From Scyliorhinus canicula (taxonomy: Eukaryota), in assembly GCF_902713615.1 (NCBI RefSeq), contig NC_052149.1, forward strand, positions 127,103,256 to 127,167,255: 64,000 bases of DNA, read 5' to 3'. Shown here in pieces: positions 60,160-64,000 of this stretch. The stretch's first letter is position 1, and each line of letters starts with the position of its first letter. A program made the position numbers and the translations under genes. The notes beneath the pieces were generated by a model that ran no database searches, was not told where the DNA came from, and was given only the letters and a program-made list of their open reading frames with translations.

Positions 60160-62005
60160 GGGGTTCCTGCCGATACAGGCGGGGGGGGGGGGGTTCCCGC
60201 CGATACAGGCGGGGGGGGGTTCCCGCCGATACAGGCGGGGGGGGGGTTCCCGCCGATACAGGCGGGGGGGGGTTCCCACCAATACAGGCGGGGGGGGGGG
60301 TTCCCACCAATACAGGCGGGGGGGGTTCCCGCCGATACAGGCGGGGGGGGTTCCCGCCGATACAGGCGGGGGGGGGAGGTTCCCGCCAATACAGGCGGGG
60401 GGGTTCCCACCAATACAGGCGGGGGGGGAGGTTCCCACCAATACAGGCGGGGGGGGGGGGGTTCCCACCAATACAGGCGGGGGGGGGGGGTTCCCACCAA
60501 TACAGGCGGGGGGGGGGGGTTCCCACCAATACAGGCGGGGGGGGGGGGTTCCCGCCGATACAGGCGGGGGGGGGGAGGGTCCCGCCAATACAGGCGGGGG
60601 GGGGAGGTTCCCGCCAATACAGGCGGGGGGGTTCCCACCAATACAGGCGGGGGGGGGTTCCCGCCGATACAGGCGGGGGGGGGGAGGTTCCCGCCAATAC
60701 AGGCGGGGGGGGGGGTTCCCGCCGAAACAGGCGGGGGGAAGGTTCCCGTCGATACAGGCGGTGGGGGGGGGGGGGGGGTTCCCGTCGATACAGGCGGGGG
60801 GGGGGGGGTTCCCGCCGATACAAGCGGGGGGGGGGGGGTTTCCGCCGATACAGGCGGGGGGGGGGTTCCCGCCGATACAGGCGGGGGGGGGCTTCCCGCC
60901 GATACAGGCGGGGGGGGGCTTCCCGCCGATACAGGCGGGGGGGGGTTCCGCCGATACAGGCGGGGGGGGTTTCTGCCGATACAGGCGGGGGGGGGGGGAG
61001 GTTCCCGTCGATACAGGCGGGGGGGGGGAGGTTCCCGCCGATACAGGCGGGGGGGGGAGTTTCCCACCGATACAGGCGGGGGGGGTTTCCGCCGATACAG
61101 GCGGGGGGGGGGGGGGGTTTCCGCCGATACAGGCGGGGGAGGGAGGTTCCCGTCGATACAGGCGGGGGGAGGGGGAGGTTCCCGCCGATACAGGCAGGGT
61201 GGGAGGTTCCCGCCGATACAGGCGGGGGGGAGGTTCCCGCCGATACAGGCGGGGGGGGGGTTTCCCCCGATACAGGCGGGGGGGGGAGGTTCCCGCCGAT
61301 ACAGGCGGGGGGGAGGTTCCCGTCGATACAGGCGGGGGGGGGAGGTTCCCGTCGATACAGGCGGGGGGGGGTTCCCGCCGATACAGGCGGGGGGGAGGTT
61401 CCCATCGATACAGGCGGGGGGGAGGTTCCCGCCGATACAGGCGGGGGGGGGGGTTTCCCCCGATACAGGCGGGGGGGAGGTTCCCATCGATACAGGCGGG
61501 GGGGGGTTCCCGTCGATACAGGCGGGGGGGGGGGAGGTTCCCGTCGATACAGGCGGGGGGGGGGGTTCCCGCCGATACAGGCGGGGGGGAGGTTCCCATC
61601 GATACAGGCGGGGGGGGGTTCCCGTCGATACAGGCGGGGGGGAGGTTCCCATCGATACAGGCGGGGGGGAGGTTCCCGTCGATACAGGCGGGGGGGGGGA
61701 GGTTCCCATCGATACAGGCGGGGGGGGTTCCCGCCGATACAGGCGGGGGGGAGGTTCCCATCGATACAGGCGGGGGGGGGTTCCCGTCGATACAGGCGGG
61801 GGTGGGGTTCCGCCGATACAGGCGGGGGGGGGTTCCCGCCAATAAAGGCGGGGGGGGGGGGAGGTTCCCGCCGATACAGGCGGGGGGGTGGTTCCCGCCA
61901 ATACAGGCGGGGGGGGCGGGGGGGAGGTTCCCGCCGGTACAGGCGGGGGGGGGGGGGTCCCGCCAATACAGGCGGGGGGGGAGGTTCCCGTCGATACAGG
62001 CGGCT
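60160..62005 (+). repeat. About 1.85-kb minisatellite with 25-30-bp units (GTTCCCGCCGATACAGGC plus G-tract) inside a Harbinger-like insertion (about 59530-62020)
   Basis: Direct reading; variable-length G runs; absent from the cluster 1 intron. Confidence 0.95.
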
Positions 62006-64000
62006 GTACAAACCCACTGAGAACTGACTCTGTTTTTACAAATGTAATCTGTTGAGGAGGGAACGAGGAGGGTTGATGACGGGAGTGAGTTTGATGTTGA
62101 CAACATGGGTTTTCCAAGGATTTTGACAAGTTTCCAATGACAGACATGTGTGAAAATGAAAAGCTGATGGAATCCAAGGGAAAGTGACAAATTGGGCTGG
62201 ATTCTCCGTGTTCCAGCCGAGTGTTCCTTCGCAGCTCACTATTCATCGGCACAGGGATTAATGACTCCTGCCGCTTGTCAATGGAATTTCCTATGGAAGC
62301 CACCCCACATGGCCGTGAATCCCACGGGCAGGGGAGGCACTGCTGTCGATTAAAGTGAATCACAGAGACTGGAGATTTCAAATTGTTTCAGTGTAAGGAG
62401 GTAAAGGTTTGATGTTAAACTGGTTGAATCATTTTGGAATGTTGATTAAACATTTGTGAATGGTGGAGTAGGCGGGAACGTCCTGTGCGGGAACGTCCAG
62501 TTCACCAGCCGCATGATTCCTGGCCATGTTCCATTCACTGGCGGCTGGATTCTATCTTCCCACCTATTGTCAATGGGATTTGCCATAGCAACCACCCCAC
62601 ACCGCTGTGAAACCCACTGGCTGTGCTGCTGGCGGGAAAATTCAATCGCAACAACAGGACAAATCCGGCCCCTATTTCTGGCGGTCTTGTGTCCAGCTCA
62701 CACCCCCAGCCAAGCTGCCCCAGTTTAGATACAAAACTGGCATCGACCCAACAATGGGGAAAATTACCCAGGGATCTCCAGTCCACAAGAAGCTGGACAA
62801 ATCCAATCCGGACAATTACTGTCCCATCAGTCAACTCTCAATCATCAGCAAAATGATGGGTGTTGTTTCAACAGTGCTCTCAACACTTACTCAGCAATGA
62901 CCTGCTCATTGACACTCAGTTAAGGATCTGCCAGGGTCACTCAGCTCCTGACCTCATTATCGCCTTGGTTCAAACATGGACAAAAGAGCAGAACTCCAGC
63001 GGTGAGGCCAGAGTAACTTCCCTTGACATCGAGGCAGCATTTGACCGAGTTGGTCATCAACAAGCCCGAGCAAAATTGGAGTTGATGGGAATCAGAAGGG
63101 AAACTCTCCGCTGGTTGGAGTCATACCCAGCACAAAGGAAGATGGCTGTTGTTTGGGGTTTTAACTCTCCAATCTATATTAATGAGCTGGATGAAGGCAA
63201 TGAGAGTATTGTGGCTAAATTTGCTGATGATAAAATGATAGGTCGGAAAGCAAGTTGTGAGGAGGATACAGAGTCTGAAAAGGGAAATCTAGAATTAGTG
63301 GACACAGTTTAAAAATAAGGGATCTCCGTTTAAGGTGGAGATGAGGAGGAATTTCTTCTCTGAGAGGGTCGTTAGTTTTTGGATTTCTCTTTCCCAGAGA
63401 GCAGTGCATGCTGGGGCATTGAATATATTCCAGGCTGAGTTCGACAGATTTCTGATTGACGAGGGTCAAGGGTTATGGGGACCGACAGGAAAGTGGAGAT
63501 TGGGCCATTTTTAAAAGTTAATTTATGGGATGTGTGGGTCTGAAGTGGGAACCTGCCATCGTGACCTTGTCCAGCCTACAAGTGACTCCAGATCCGCAGT
63601 AATGTTTTGACTCTGAAATGTCCTCTGGAATGGCCGAGCAAGACACTCAGTTCAAGGGCAATTAGGGATGGGCAATAAATGCTGGCCCAGCCAGAGATCA
63701 CACATCACATCAAACAATAAAAATATCTCCAGGGATTTTCAGGAATATTGCATCAGGAATATCGGACTGAACTCGACCCAAAGAGAAAGTAACTGAGAGT
63801 CTCCCCAAAAGCCTGGAACACTGAAGCCACTGGATTGTGAGCCCTGCTGGACCTGTTTGTCATCAGAACTTTGCTAAGAGATAAGCAGGGAGTGGAGAGA
63901 GCAGAGTTAAAGCTGGGGGAAGTGGGACCTCGGTGTCTCACTGTGCTGCTGCTGCTGCTGTGATCAGTTATATCAGAGAGTGTGACAGGGAGCCAGAGCT

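Larger units (their letters stand above)
58555..64000 (-). other. J-C intron of cluster 2 (J and V lie beyond the window)
   Basis: Reverse complement of 63200-64000 aligns to 16031-16745; position 64000 corresponds to 16031, placing J at about 64331-64365. Confidence 0.9.

Noticed and set aside
60160-62005. Class-switch-like S region or CRISPR-like array
   Set aside because: Light chains do not switch, the G-rich strand is the template strand, there are no unique spacers, and the context is eukaryotic.
59612-62381. Several 400-800-aa Pro- or Gly-rich ORFs on both strands
   Set aside because: Produced by the hairpin/G-tract minisatellite; open in many frames at once.
63939-63945. Isolated CACAGTG in the cluster 2 intron resembling the mammalian kappa intron RSS
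   Set aside because: No nonamer; cluster 1 has CACAGAG at the same site (16086-16092); no downstream 23-spacer deleting-element RSS was found in the window.

Overview
Cartilaginous-fish (shark-type) genomic DNA from an immunoglobulin light-chain region; the taxon is inferred from the Ig sequences and the SINE/LINE families. The + strand carries one complete, unrearranged kappa-type (shark type III / NS4-like) cluster: promoter, leader exon (14660-14708), V exon (14895-15193) with a perfect 12-RSS, J (15666-15700) with a 23-RSS, and C exon (21182-21510). The - strand carries the C exon (58226-58554) and most of the J-C intron of a second, convergently oriented kappa cluster, whose J should lie about 330-365 bp beyond the window end. 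Most of the rest is transposon-derived: three copies of a compact Gypsy-type LTR retrotransposon (about 280-bp LTRs, 5-bp TSDs), solo LTRs, nested PIF/Harbinger elements and MITEs, a hAT MITE, CR1/L2/L1/Rex1/Penelope fragments, many tRNA-derived SINEs and five tandem-repeat arrays. The most notable observations are: (i) the tail-to-tail kappa cluster pair, which would allow inversional inter-cluster V-J joining and shows mosaic identity suggestive of gene conversion; (ii) a Gypsy lineage whose primer-binding site is complementary to its own LTR (possible self-priming) and whose RT motif is YLDN rather than YxDD; (iii) an LTR-borne near-consensus 12-RSS between the clusters; (iv) an octamer-bearing LTR upstream of a V promoter whose own octamer is degenerate. 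All identity counts were made by eye and no database searches were run.
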